DNA from: an uncultured delta proteobacterium
Lineage (GTDB): Bacteria; Desulfobacterota; Desulfobacteria; Desulfobacterales; Desulfosalsimonadaceae
DNA: 64,000 bases
Direction: 5' to 3'
Assembly (NCBI GenBank): GCA_963826785.1
Contig: CAWGYD010000003.1
Location: forward strand, 224,001-288,000
Each line of letters opens with the position of its first letter. Position 1 is the first letter of the stretch. Shown piece by piece: positions 10,103 to 18,999 of the stretch. A program made the position numbers and the translations under genes. Under the pieces are notes generated by a model. The model saw only the letters and a list, made by a program, of their open reading frames with translations, was not told where the DNA came from and ran no database searches.

Positions 10103-10977
10103 GATACGAGGGACAGATCTACCGGCCCTTCAGCGAGGCCGACAGCTACCTGCTCCAGTGCACCATCGGGTGCTCCCACAACCAGTGCACCTTCTGCGGC
10201 ATGTACAAGGACCGGAAATACCGGGTCCGCAGCCTGGAAGAGATCAGGATCGACATCGCCATGGCAAAAGAGCAGCTTTGCGATGCCCGGAAGGTGTTTC
10301 TGTGCGACGGCGATGCAGTGGCCATGGACACCCCGGTCCTGATCGAAATCCTGAAATCACTGTACGGAGCATTTCCCTCCCTGCGGCACGTGGGCACCTA
10401 TGTGGGGCCCCAGAGCACACTTTCAAAAAGCCTGTCCGAGCTTTCGGCTTTGCGGGCTGCGGGCCTGACCAAGGTCTACCTGGGAGTGGAGACCGGAGAC
10501 GACCGGCTGCTGGCCGAAATCAAAAAAGGGGTGAATGCGCAGCAGATGCTAAAGGCCGGTCAGAACCTGGTCAATGCCGGATTCAATCTCTCCTCCATGG
10601 TCATGCTGGGCATCGCCGGCACGGGGGAGCGCTCCCGGGAGCACGCCCTGGCCACCGCAGAGATCACCAACGCCATGAGGCCAAGCTACATTGCCGCCCT
10701 GACCTACACCCCCGTTCCCCACACCCCTCTCTACTCAAAAGTCGCCCAGGGCCGTTTTATCCTGCCGGACCCCTTTGAAACGCTTGCCGAGATGAAGGTG
10801 ATGATCGAAAACATCACCATAGCGCCCATCAAATTCATCGGCGCCCATGCCTCCAATTACCTGCCGGTTTCCGGAACCCTGCAGAAAGACCGCGCCGGCA
10901 TGCTTTGCGCTATCCAGTCCGTTCTCGATTCACGCGATATGTCCGCCCTCAGGCCCGAGCACCGGAGGGGGCTGTAA
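10099..10977 (+). CDS. Radical SAM protein
   Basis: CSHNQCTFC (CxxxCxxC); ATGA overlap with the nuoF stop. Confidence 0.9.
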   Translation: MRYEGQIYRPFSEADSYLLQCTIGCSHNQCTFCGMYKDRKYRVRSLEEIRIDIAMAKEQLCDARKVFLCDGDAVAMDTPVLIEILKSLYGAFPSLRHVGTYVGPQSTLSKSLSELSALRAAGLTKVYLGVETGDDRLLAEIKKGVNAQQMLKAGQNLVNAGFNLSSMVMLGIAGTGERSREHALATAEITNAMRPSYIAALTYTPVPHTPLYSKVAQGRFILPDPFETLAEMKVMIENITIAPIKFIGAHASNYLPVSGTLQKDRAGMLCAIQSVLDSRDMSALRPEHRRGL

Positions 10978-11086
10978 CCCCCCATTTTGCCAATCGGAGA
11001 AGATGACGTTATTTTTATTGTACAGCGGAGTCCATCCGCAGGTATAATCTATATTTGCGCGATCAATTGGGGGGGGAGAATACGAT

Positions 11087-11893
11087 ATGTCATTTAAAGA
11101 AAATCTCAAACGCAAGATCAAAATCGACCGGCTGGCGCACCAGGTGATCAATCCGTTGATGCCGACTGGAGATTACGGCCGGAAAATCGATAAGGGGGCC
11201 ATGCGCGCCCTGCTGGAAGCGGCCGGATATAAAGTACGGGTCGAACGGGATGTGGAAATCCACGCCCATGATTTTACTTCGACCGGATCGGACAAAGTGG
11301 TGCTGGACAATGAACTCAAGGATTATCAGACCACGGTGGACGATCTGGTGCTGCGCAAAAACCCGGTGGTTAAAGAAATGATCAGCATCAAAAATGCCAT
11401 CAAGATCTTAAACGACAAGGATGTGGTGGTGGCCAGCGGGCTCGATACGGTGAAGAAAATCCAGCAGGAATGCATCGATCAACTGGATCTGACCTACACG
11501 GAGGCCGATATCACGGCCCTGGCCGAAGACGGCCGGCGCGCCTTGAAATCGCAGGATGTGACCCAGGTGGAAGAAATCCTGGATCTTTTTGGTGAAATTC
11601 TGGATTTAAAACCGCCGCCTAAAAAGGCACGTAAAACCGCTTATAAGATCCTGGGCGGACAGGCAAACGATGCCGACGGCCGGGAAATATATGGACCGGT
11701 GGTCATCTATAATCGGCTCGACAACAAACTGGTCCTGGTGGATTCGGATTTTCAAATGACTGAGCTGCAAGAACCGGCAACGTCCCGGGACCTGGTTTCC
11801 GGCAAAATTTTACCGGACATGGAAGGCGAGGGTATTTTCGATTTTCTGAGAAAAAAGGTGCTGACGCTTCCCGGAAAACAGGTGGCCGCTTAG
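11087..11893 (+). CDS. Hypothetical protein
   Basis: 268-aa ORF with GGGAG RBS and host-like codon usage; no recognised motif. Confidence 0.75.
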   Translation: MSFKENLKRKIKIDRLAHQVINPLMPTGDYGRKIDKGAMRALLEAAGYKVRVERDVEIHAHDFTSTGSDKVVLDNELKDYQTTVDDLVLRKNPVVKEMISIKNAIKILNDKDVVVASGLDTVKKIQQECIDQLDLTYTEADITALAEDGRRALKSQDVTQVEEILDLFGEILDLKPPPKKARKTAYKILGGQANDADGREIYGPVVIYNRLDNKLVLVDSDFQMTELQEPATSRDLVSGKILPDMEGEGIFDFLRKKVLTLPGKQVAA

Positions 11894-11910
11894 AAGCGCT
11901 CCAAAACCCT

Positions 11911-13410
11911 TCAGCAGGAGGCGGGCAGATAAAAACGGACCGCCGTCCCCTCACCCGGGGATGAAGCGATGCTGATATCGCCCCGGTGCTGCTTGATAAC
12001 CGCATACGCCCGGCTGAGACCGAATCCCCGTCCTTTTTCGGTGAGCCGCTGTTTGGTGGAAAAATAGGGATCAAACACCTTGTCCAGATCCCCGGCGCTG
12101 ATCCCGCACCCCTGATCGGAGATGCTGACTTTGATATACCGGCCGGCCGGCAGCGCGGTTTCCTCGGCCAGCCGGATTTCGGTTTCCGCCTCGATTTGAA
12201 TGGTTCCCCCTTCCGGCATGGATTCTTCGGCATTGTCCAGCAGCGATTCGATCACCTGCAGGATCTGGTCGCGCACGAACCATGCGGGGGGAAGATCCGG
12301 TGAAGGCTGGGCCAAATAGGTGTAGCGGCTGTCCCGGTCCATGCGCGCAGCCGTTGCCTCCTCGATCAATTGGGTCATGGATTCTGATTTACGGGTAAAC
12401 ATGGAATCGGACTTGAGTTCGAGGAACCGGTGGATCAATTTCTTGGCTTCCATGCAGGAATGGTGCGCCCGGGAAAGCTGCTGGAGCTGGGATTCCGCTG
12501 CGCTGTGTATCGCCAGTTCCACGCTTCCCATGATGGAAAACAAAAGATTATTGAAATCATGGGCAATCCCACCGGCAAGGGTGGCGACCGCCTCCATTTT
12601 CTGAGCCTGGCGGAGCCTGGCTTCCAGCTTTGCCCGCTCCTTTTCCGTGTGCTTCAACTCCGTCACATCCTGGATGACCCCCTGGTAGCCGATGACGCCG
12701 CCGGATTCATCAAAAACCGGCACCACGGTGATCCGGGTGTGAATGATCGTGCCGTCCTTTTTTTTCATGTCCACCGGATGCTGATCGACAAAGCCGGCAC
12801 TTTTGATCATGGCGGTCAATTCAGCCCTGGCCGAAGCGTCCCTGTACAGATGCTGCACCGGTATGCGCGCCAGTTCCTCCCGTGAATCGTATCCGAACAT
12901 CTCCACCGCAGTGTCATTAAATTCCAGCGTGCGGCCGTCAAGCGAGGTCATGTAGACGCAATCCCGGGATGTCTTGAAAAAATTGCGGTATTTTTCCTCG
13001 CTCTGGCGGAGGGTTTCCTGAATTTCAAGCAATTCCGTGATGTCGATGGCAAAGCCGAGAAATCCGATGACTTCGCCGGTCTGATCCCCCAGGGGCATTT
13101 TCCACATCCGGGCTTTTCGGCTTCCCGTCTTGCCCTGGTAGGTGACCCGAAAGTAACTTTCGGGACCCGCAGGGGCATCCGGAAAATCCGAAGCCTTCGG
13201 GAAAATCGCATCGGCTGGTTTTTCATCAAAATAGGCACGGGACAAGCCGAATGCGCGGGCAAGGGACTGGTTGACGAAAAAGATCCGGCCCTGAAGATCT
13301 TCGCAGTAGATCAGTGCGGGAATCGCATCCAGCACATCCTCCAGGGACACCTTGAGCCGCAAGGCCCTTCGGACCGGGTTATCGGGACTGTTGGAGACAA
13401 TTTCGGTCAT
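11911..13410 (-). CDS. Cytoplasmic PAS-PAS sensor histidine kinase (no receiver domain)
   Basis: H-box [12 protein letters not shown] boxes [17 protein letters not shown] and GRGFGLS. Confidence 0.9.
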   Translation of the reverse strand: MTEIVSNSPDNPVRRALRLKVSLEDVLDAIPALIYCEDLQGRIFFVNQSLARAFGLSRAYFDEKPADAIFPKASDFPDAPAGPESYFRVTYQGKTGSRKARMWKMPLGDQTGEVIGFLGFAIDITELLEIQETLRQSEEKYRNFFKTSRDCVYMTSLDGRTLEFNDTAVEMFGYDSREELARIPVQHLYRDASARAELTAMIKSAGFVDQHPVDMKKKDGTIIHTRITVVPVFDESGGVIGYQGVIQDVTELKHTEKERAKLEARLRQAQKMEAVATLAGGIAHDFNNLLFSIMGSVELAIHSAAESQLQQLSRAHHSCMEAKKLIHRFLELKSDSMFTRKSESMTQLIEEATAARMDRDSRYTYLAQPSPDLPPAWFVRDQILQVIESLLDNAEESMPEGGTIQIEAETEIRLAEETALPAGRYIKVSISDQGCGISAGDLDKVFDPYFSTKQRLTEKGRGFGLSRAYAVIKQHRGDISIASSPGEGTAVRFYLPASC

Positions 13411-13588
13411 TTGGCCATCTCCGCCATAATTGAATGCGAAATGATGCCAGAGTCCGGCAGCACCCGCAGAACATGCAGAAAAGCAGAATATGATTGACTA
13501 TAACCGCTGAAATTCTCATTATATTATCAATTCAATAATAGGACTTCAACACTTATAACGCTTTATGCAGGATGCCCTGAAAGGAAAA

Positions 13589-14452
13589 ATGATGCACAGC
13601 CAGCCCCCCCGTATTCGCCGGAACCCGCGGCGCCTCCTGATCGTCATCGCCCCATTGGCCTTTTTCCTGGCGGTGGCCGGATGCCAGACGTTGAGCCATA
13701 TGATCCAGAAACCCGATGTCCGGTTCAACCGGATGGAAATGTCTTCGATGTCCCTGCTGGAAGGCACGCTGCTGTTTTATTTCGACGTTCAAAACCCGAA
13801 TCCGCTGGGGGCCAACCTCGACCAGGCCTCGTATAAACTAACGGTTGACCGGCAGCTGATGGCCGAAGGCATCATGGACCAGGGGGTGCGCATCGGCGCA
13901 GGGGCCACGGAAACGGTGAAGGTGCCGGTCACCATCCACTATCTGGATGTGTTCAAGTCTCTTTCGGATCTGGCCCAGAAACAGGAAATACCGTACGACA
14001 TCAGCGGAATGTTTTCCGTCCTGGGCTTTAGTCTGCCCTATAACGTGACCGGTCAGCTGCCCGTTCCCAAGGTGCCGTCGATTTCATTGCAGGGGGTGAA
14101 ATTTTCAAAACTGTCCATGACGGGGGCCACCGCCGACTTCAAGGTGATGATCGAAAACCCCAACCCCTTCGGATTGCCCATAGACGGCCTGGAGTACGGC
14201 ATCGATTTGAACGGAATCCGCCTGGCATCGGGCAAAACCAGTCAGAGCGCGGTGATTTCCCAGAACGGCCGGACCACCATCAAGATCCCTGCCCAGATCA
14301 ACTTTGCGGACATGGGAAAGGGCGTCTATCAGCTGCTCTCCGGAAAATCCGCCGATTACAGGATGGAGGGGAACATGATCTTTGATGCGGCCGGAGGGGG
14401 AAAGCAGACGTATCCATTCACCCGGCAGGGGGAAGTATCACTGGGCAAATAG
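13589..14452 (+). CDS. Lipoprotein with two LEA_2/WHy domains
   Basis: Lipobox LAVAGC; two 'NPNP' LEA_2 repeats. Confidence 0.85.
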   Translation: MMHSQPPRIRRNPRRLLIVIAPLAFFLAVAGCQTLSHMIQKPDVRFNRMEMSSMSLLEGTLLFYFDVQNPNPLGANLDQASYKLTVDRQLMAEGIMDQGVRIGAGATETVKVPVTIHYLDVFKSLSDLAQKQEIPYDISGMFSVLGFSLPYNVTGQLPVPKVPSISLQGVKFSKLSMTGATADFKVMIENPNPFGLPIDGLEYGIDLNGIRLASGKTSQSAVISQNGRTTIKIPAQINFADMGKGVYQLLSGKSADYRMEGNMIFDAAGGGKQTYPFTRQGEVSLGK

Positions 14453-14462
14453 GCGCCGAAAC

Positions 14463-14504
14463 AAAAAAAAAGGGTGTTTCCGCTTTCGAAGAAACACCCT
14501 TTTT
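14463..14504. terminator. Bidirectional intrinsic terminator
   Basis: A-run-GGGTGTTTC...GAAACACCC-T-run between convergent genes. Confidence 0.85.
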
Positions 14505-14523
14505 GCGTTTTGAAAAAAACGAA

Positions 14524-14724
14524 CTAGATAACGGTAACGTTTTTCGCTGACGGGCCTTTGTTTCCCTGCTCAACGGTAAAGGTTACGCGGTCGCCTTCGT
14601 GAAGGGTTTTAAAACCCGAGGCATTGATGCCGGTATGATGGACAAACACATCGGTTCCATCTTCCTGCTCAATAAAACCGTAACCTTTTTTCTCGTTAAA
14701 CCACTTTACAGTTCCATTCGCCAT
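14524..14724 (-). CDS. cspA: Cold-shock protein
   Basis: [18 protein letters not shown]...DVFVH (RNP1/RNP2); AGGAGG RBS. Confidence 0.97.
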   Translation of the reverse strand: MANGTVKWFNEKKGYGFIEQEDGTDVFVHHTGINASGFKTLHEGDRVTFTVEQGNKGPSAKNVTVI

Positions 14725-14944
14725 AGTGACACATCCTCCTTTCAAAAAAAAATTCTCTTGGTCCCAAATCTTCAGGTGCCACCAAAATGGAACTACCTTT
14801 GGAAAGAAACCGGCCCGCCATATGGTCGGAACCCTTTAAAGATTGAAAAAACAATAGCCGTTTCTTTATTAAAGTCAAGCTTTTATTTTCAAATTTCCAT
14901 CATTATTTTAAAAATTATAAGATGTTATCATCTCATAATTTTTT

Positions 14945-15445
14945 TTAGGCCTCATTTACCTCACTGGCCTTGTTGATCACCACGGGCGTTAGCGGTACGT
15001 CACTGTGCATCCCTTTCCGGCCGGTGGGAACCGCCTTTATTTTGTTGACTACCGGATGGCCTTTCACGACTTTTCCGAAAACCGTATATCCCCAGCCTTC
15101 CGGCGTTTTGGCCTTGTGATCCAGAAAATCGTTGTTTTTCACGTTGATGAAGAACTGGGCGGTGGCGCTGTGGGGGTCCGAAGTCCGGGCCATGGCCACC
15201 GTGTAGGCGGCATTCTTTAGCCCGTTGTCGGCTTCGTTTTCAATGGGCGGTCCTACCGGTTTATCCTTCATATCCGGGGTCATGCCCCCGCCCTGGATCA
15301 TGAACCCGTCGATCACCCGGTGGAAAATAGTACCGTCATAATGCCCGTCTTTGACATACTTCAAAAAGTTGGCCGCCGATTTGGGCGCCTCTTTTTCAAA
15401 CAGTTCAAGCACGATGTCTCCCATGCTGGTTTCGAGTTTGACCAT
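14945..15445 (-). CDS. ppiB: Cyclophilin-type peptidyl-prolyl isomerase
   Basis: Motifs [19 protein letters not shown] and SATAQFFIN. Confidence 0.95.
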   Translation of the reverse strand: MVKLETSMGDIVLELFEKEAPKSAANFLKYVKDGHYDGTIFHRVIDGFMIQGGGMTPDMKDKPVGPPIENEADNGLKNAAYTVAMARTSDPHSATAQFFINVKNNDFLDHKAKTPEGWGYTVFGKVVKGHPVVNKIKAVPTGRKGMHSDVPLTPVVINKASEVNEA

Positions 15446-15567
15446 TTGTCTTCCTCCTTATTTAGGTGAATGGCATTTTTCGTTTCAGATCGGGCTGTAA
15501 TATCAGGTGGCGCTATTTATTGTCAACCCGGCAATTTGATGAAGTTGAGCAATCCCCTTTCCTGAGT

Positions 15568-17115
15568 TTAGCCCCTGTGGGCAGGCATGACAAAGAACGG
15601 GGCGTGATTGGAGGTAAAAAACGGCGGATCGCGCTGCACAATGTTTCGGATGGGCAGCGGCCGCTTGAATTTTTCGGATAAAAACTTCCGGACCCGGTCC
15701 CGGTTCCACCCGGACGGGTGGTCAAATTCCCGGTAGAGGGACAGGTCGCCGGGATAGAATGGATGTGTGGCCAGCGTTTCCGCGCTATCGCTGTTTGCCG
15801 GCAGGTTGAAGATGGCCAGGTTCAAAAAATCGATCGCGTGGGCATGGGCCAGGGCGAAATCAAGCGTCTTGCCGGCAGCGGCCTCGTTTTCCGCCGGTGT
15901 GCCGAACAGCAGGTAAACATACGTGGCGATGCCCGCCCGATGCAGATTTTTCAGGGCCGCGGATGCCACGGCAAGATCCATCCCCTTGTCAAGCGCATCC
16001 AGAACCCCCTGATCCCCGGATTCCACCCCCAGCTTCAGCATCACGCACCCGGAAAGCTTAAGGCCGTTTACAAAATCGGGATCCGCCAGGTGCCGTGTGA
16101 TCCGGACAAATCCGTACCAGGGGCGGCCCGGCGGGTGGGCGATGAGCCGGCGCAATGTCCTGGGGGACAAGGCATTGTCGGTGAAATGGATCAGCACCGG
16201 CTGCATTTGAGAAACCAGGCGGCGGATATCGGCAAGTGCGGCGTCCATGTCATCGGGTTCATACCCGCTGTTTTCGGACCGCTCGGGACAGAAGGCGCAT
16301 TTTTTCCAGTAGCATCCCCGGGAAACCGCATAGGGCAGGATCGGCCCGGGCGAGAGGTAATCCATCGCCGCCGTATCGCTGAAGTCGTATCCGACACCCG
16401 TCTCCGGGACGCGCTTTTTCGCGCACAGGGATATCAGCGCATCCTCGCCGGGGCCGCAGACCAGCTGATCCACCAGCCCGGAAAACGGATTGGCGAACCC
16501 GGGGGTGTTCATCCAGGAGGTCACCAGGCCGCCGCCCATCACGATCCGTATTTCCGGATAGATCTTTCGCACATAACCGGCCATGGCAAAGGCGCACAGG
16601 GCCTGGCTCATAAAATTAAGAGAAAATCCGATGACATCCGGGCTGTCGAGTTCGACCAGCGATGGCAGCCGATCTTTAAAAAAGGGGAAAAACGGGTTTT
16701 TAAAATGCAGATCCGCTGAAGCCAGCAGGTCTGCGCTCTTGACCGGCGAAAGCGCGCCGGACTGGTAATCGGACAGGGAAATGCGGGCGTTTTCTTTGAC
16801 TCCGGCCGCATGCAGCACCCGGTTGATGTCGTTTACCGCCCGCCGGTACCGGTCCGGGCTGGCATAAAGCGCGTTTGAGCGCACGGCGGCCAGATGGTCG
16901 GATACATGCGCTGCCGCCCGCCGGGTCCAGGTGTCATCGCCAATGACCGGCTGTTTTAAAAGATAGAGCAGCCCTTCCAGGTTGGCATCCCACACCCGGC
17001 AGGGGATGTGATGCTGACGAAGGGCATAGGCCAGTCGGGCCGCCCCCGGGGGCGGTTCGCAGGGTTTTGAGACCGGGGGATGGACCAGGAGAATGGATCG
17101 GCGGGTTGCATCCAT
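15568..17115 (-). CDS. Radical SAM protein with B12-binding-like N-terminus
   Basis: RGCYWKKCAFC, 'LLVHPP' and 'MGGG'. The ATG at 17115 directly follows the upstream stop. Confidence 0.85.
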   Translation of the reverse strand: MDATRRSILLVHPPVSKPCEPPPGAARLAYALRQHHIPCRVWDANLEGLLYLLKQPVIGDDTWTRRAAAHVSDHLAAVRSNALYASPDRYRRAVNDINRVLHAAGVKENARISLSDYQSGALSPVKSADLLASADLHFKNPFFPFFKDRLPSLVELDSPDVIGFSLNFMSQALCAFAMAGYVRKIYPEIRIVMGGGLVTSWMNTPGFANPFSGLVDQLVCGPGEDALISLCAKKRVPETGVGYDFSDTAAMDYLSPGPILPYAVSRGCYWKKCAFCPERSENSGYEPDDMDAALADIRRLVSQMQPVLIHFTDNALSPRTLRRLIAHPPGRPWYGFVRITRHLADPDFVNGLKLSGCVMLKLGVESGDQGVLDALDKGMDLAVASAALKNLHRAGIATYVYLLFGTPAENEAAAGKTLDFALAHAHAIDFLNLAIFNLPANSDSAETLATHPFYPGDLSLYREFDHPSGWNRDRVRKFLSEKFKRPLPIRNIVQRDPPFFTSNHAPFFVMPAHRG

Positions 17116-17116
17116 A

Positions 17117-17581
17117 TCAGCGCTGCCGGGCGGCACCGGAAGCAAAGCGGGACGCATCGGCGTCATCGGTGACGGCAGCTGTTTTTTCCCAGGCGGCGAA
17201 CCGCTCGACATCGGCTTTTATGGATTTTACCGTCCAGGCGATCAGGGCCGCATCATCGGCAAGTCCCACCCCCAGGATAAAATCGGGAATGACATCGAGG
17301 GGCATCATAAAATAGATAACCGCGCCGGCAATCGCCACCAGGGTTTTCACCGGCACCTGCCGGTACTCGCCCCGGCCATAGGCGGCCAGCATCCGGAAGC
17401 AGGTCATCAGGCCATCCCACACTTCCCGGAGGGGCCCGCTCTTTTTCGATTCGGCCTTTTCCCGGGCCTCGTCCACCAGATCTCGGAGCCGTTCGGGATG
17501 GCCCACCATTTCTTCCGCCTGCTGCCGGGCTTCTTTGAAAAACCGGCTGTTGTATATGAATTTGAGTGTTGGTTTCAGCAT
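17117..17581 (-). CDS. YkvA/DUF1232 family membrane protein
   Basis: YFMMPLDVIPDFILGVGLADD motif. Confidence 0.9.
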   Translation of the reverse strand: MLKPTLKFIYNSRFFKEARQQAEEMVGHPERLRDLVDEAREKAESKKSGPLREVWDGLMTCFRMLAAYGRGEYRQVPVKTLVAIAGAVIYFMMPLDVIPDFILGVGLADDAALIAWTVKSIKADVERFAAWEKTAAVTDDADASRFASGAARQR

Positions 17582-17731
17582 GATTGATTTTTACGTTTTA
17601 TCAGACCCGGTCGGGGTAAAGGTTTGCGTGGTTTGCTTTTCTAAGGTATCCAAAGGATTTAGGATCTCTTTTGAGCCCTTATTTGGCAGTGAATGATGCC
17701 AAACCAGAGAATAATGTGCAACCGGATTTTG

Positions 17732-18925
17732 TCAATCCACTCTTCCGGTGAGCAAAGACAGCTGCAGGCCGCCATGAAACAACGGGTGGACACCGGCCCT
17801 GAGGCCGCAGCCGTCCATGATTTTCCGGTCTGGAACGATCAGGGCGAATTTAAACCCTGAAAAATCGGACTTCAGCTTGCGGCAGATGGCAATAAAAAAT
17901 TTTTTACCCTCTTCTGCGGCCAGCCGTTTCCCATAGGGGGGATTGATCACCACCAGCCGGTCGGCTGCAGCAGATGCCGCCGGAAAGTCGTCGGCCGACA
18001 GTTCAAAAAAATCCCGGGCCGCCACCGACAGGGTCTGCGACAGATCCTTTTTTCCGACGGTCTGTTCCAGCAGTTCGACGCTTTGCCTGTCGATATCCGA
18101 GGCAAAGATCAACGGCCGTAAAGGCGGGGAAATCATTTTTCCCGCTTCGGCCCGGATATGTCCCCACCGGGCCGGCCGGAAGCAGGGCCAGTCCATGAAG
18201 GCAAATTCCCGGTACCAGCCGGCCGGAATATGGCTGGCCATCATGGCCCCTTCCAGGGAAAAGGTGCCGCTGCCGCACATGGGATCCACCAGCACGTCAC
18301 CGGCCCGGAAACCGGCGGTCATCAGGATGGCCGCGGCGATGGTCTCCCGGATGGGGGCCGCCCCGCCATGGGCCTTCAGTCCCCGCCGGTGCAAAAGATC
18401 CCCGCTGCTGTCCAGTGACACGATAAAATGATCCTTGAGACACCGGACAAATATCTGCTGGCAATATCGCTTTTCGCCCGGGTTCTTAGGGGCATCCGGC
18501 TGCAGCCGCTGCGCCACTGCCTCCCGGAAATGTCCGGCAATGGCTTCCGTGTGGATGAGCCGGGACTGGCGGCTGGTCGCGTGGAATTGGACATTTGCGC
18601 CACTGCCCAGATACAGCTCCCAGGGAAACCGGCGCGCTTTTTTCTCCAGCTGCCGGAAGTTTTGCGCTTCAAAGGCGTCCAGGCGCATCAATACCCGGTT
18701 TGCGGTTCTCAGCATCAGATTGGCCGCATATCCGTCATGCACCCGCCCCGCAAAGGCGACCCCGCCTTTTTCAACCACCCCTTCCAGGGCGATATCTCCA
18801 AGTGCGGACAGTTCATCTGCGCACAGATGCTCCAGCCCGGGCAGGGCCGATACGTAAAAAGACCGCTGCCGGCCCAGCACGTGCCGCTTGACCCGTTTTT
18901 CCAGATTGATTGTGTTTTCCATCAT
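17732..18925 (-). CDS. THUMP-domain SAM-dependent RNA methyltransferase (RlmL/YpsC-like)
   Basis: Motifs LDSSG.LLHRRG, APIRETIAA, DPMCGSGT and NPPYG. Confidence 0.9.
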   Translation of the reverse strand: MMENTINLEKRVKRHVLGRQRSFYVSALPGLEHLCADELSALGDIALEGVVEKGGVAFAGRVHDGYAANLMLRTANRVLMRLDAFEAQNFRQLEKKARRFPWELYLGSGANVQFHATSRQSRLIHTEAIAGHFREAVAQRLQPDAPKNPGEKRYCQQIFVRCLKDHFIVSLDSSGDLLHRRGLKAHGGAAPIRETIAAAILMTAGFRAGDVLVDPMCGSGTFSLEGAMMASHIPAGWYREFAFMDWPCFRPARWGHIRAEAGKMISPPLRPLIFASDIDRQSVELLEQTVGKKDLSQTLSVAARDFFELSADDFPAASAAADRLVVINPPYGKRLAAEEGKKFFIAICRKLKSDFSGFKFALIVPDRKIMDGCGLRAGVHPLFHGGLQLSLLTGRVD

Positions 18926-18999
18926 TGACAAGACCTTGCCGGCGCCTGTAAGAACCCCTATGATTTTTTAATCCCATATCCGAATGGAAAGCGCAACTC

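Noticed and set aside
9450..10778. 442-aa alternative-frame ORF
   Set aside because: It overlaps nuoF and the radical SAM gene and has the Pro/Arg-rich composition of a high-GC shadow ORF.
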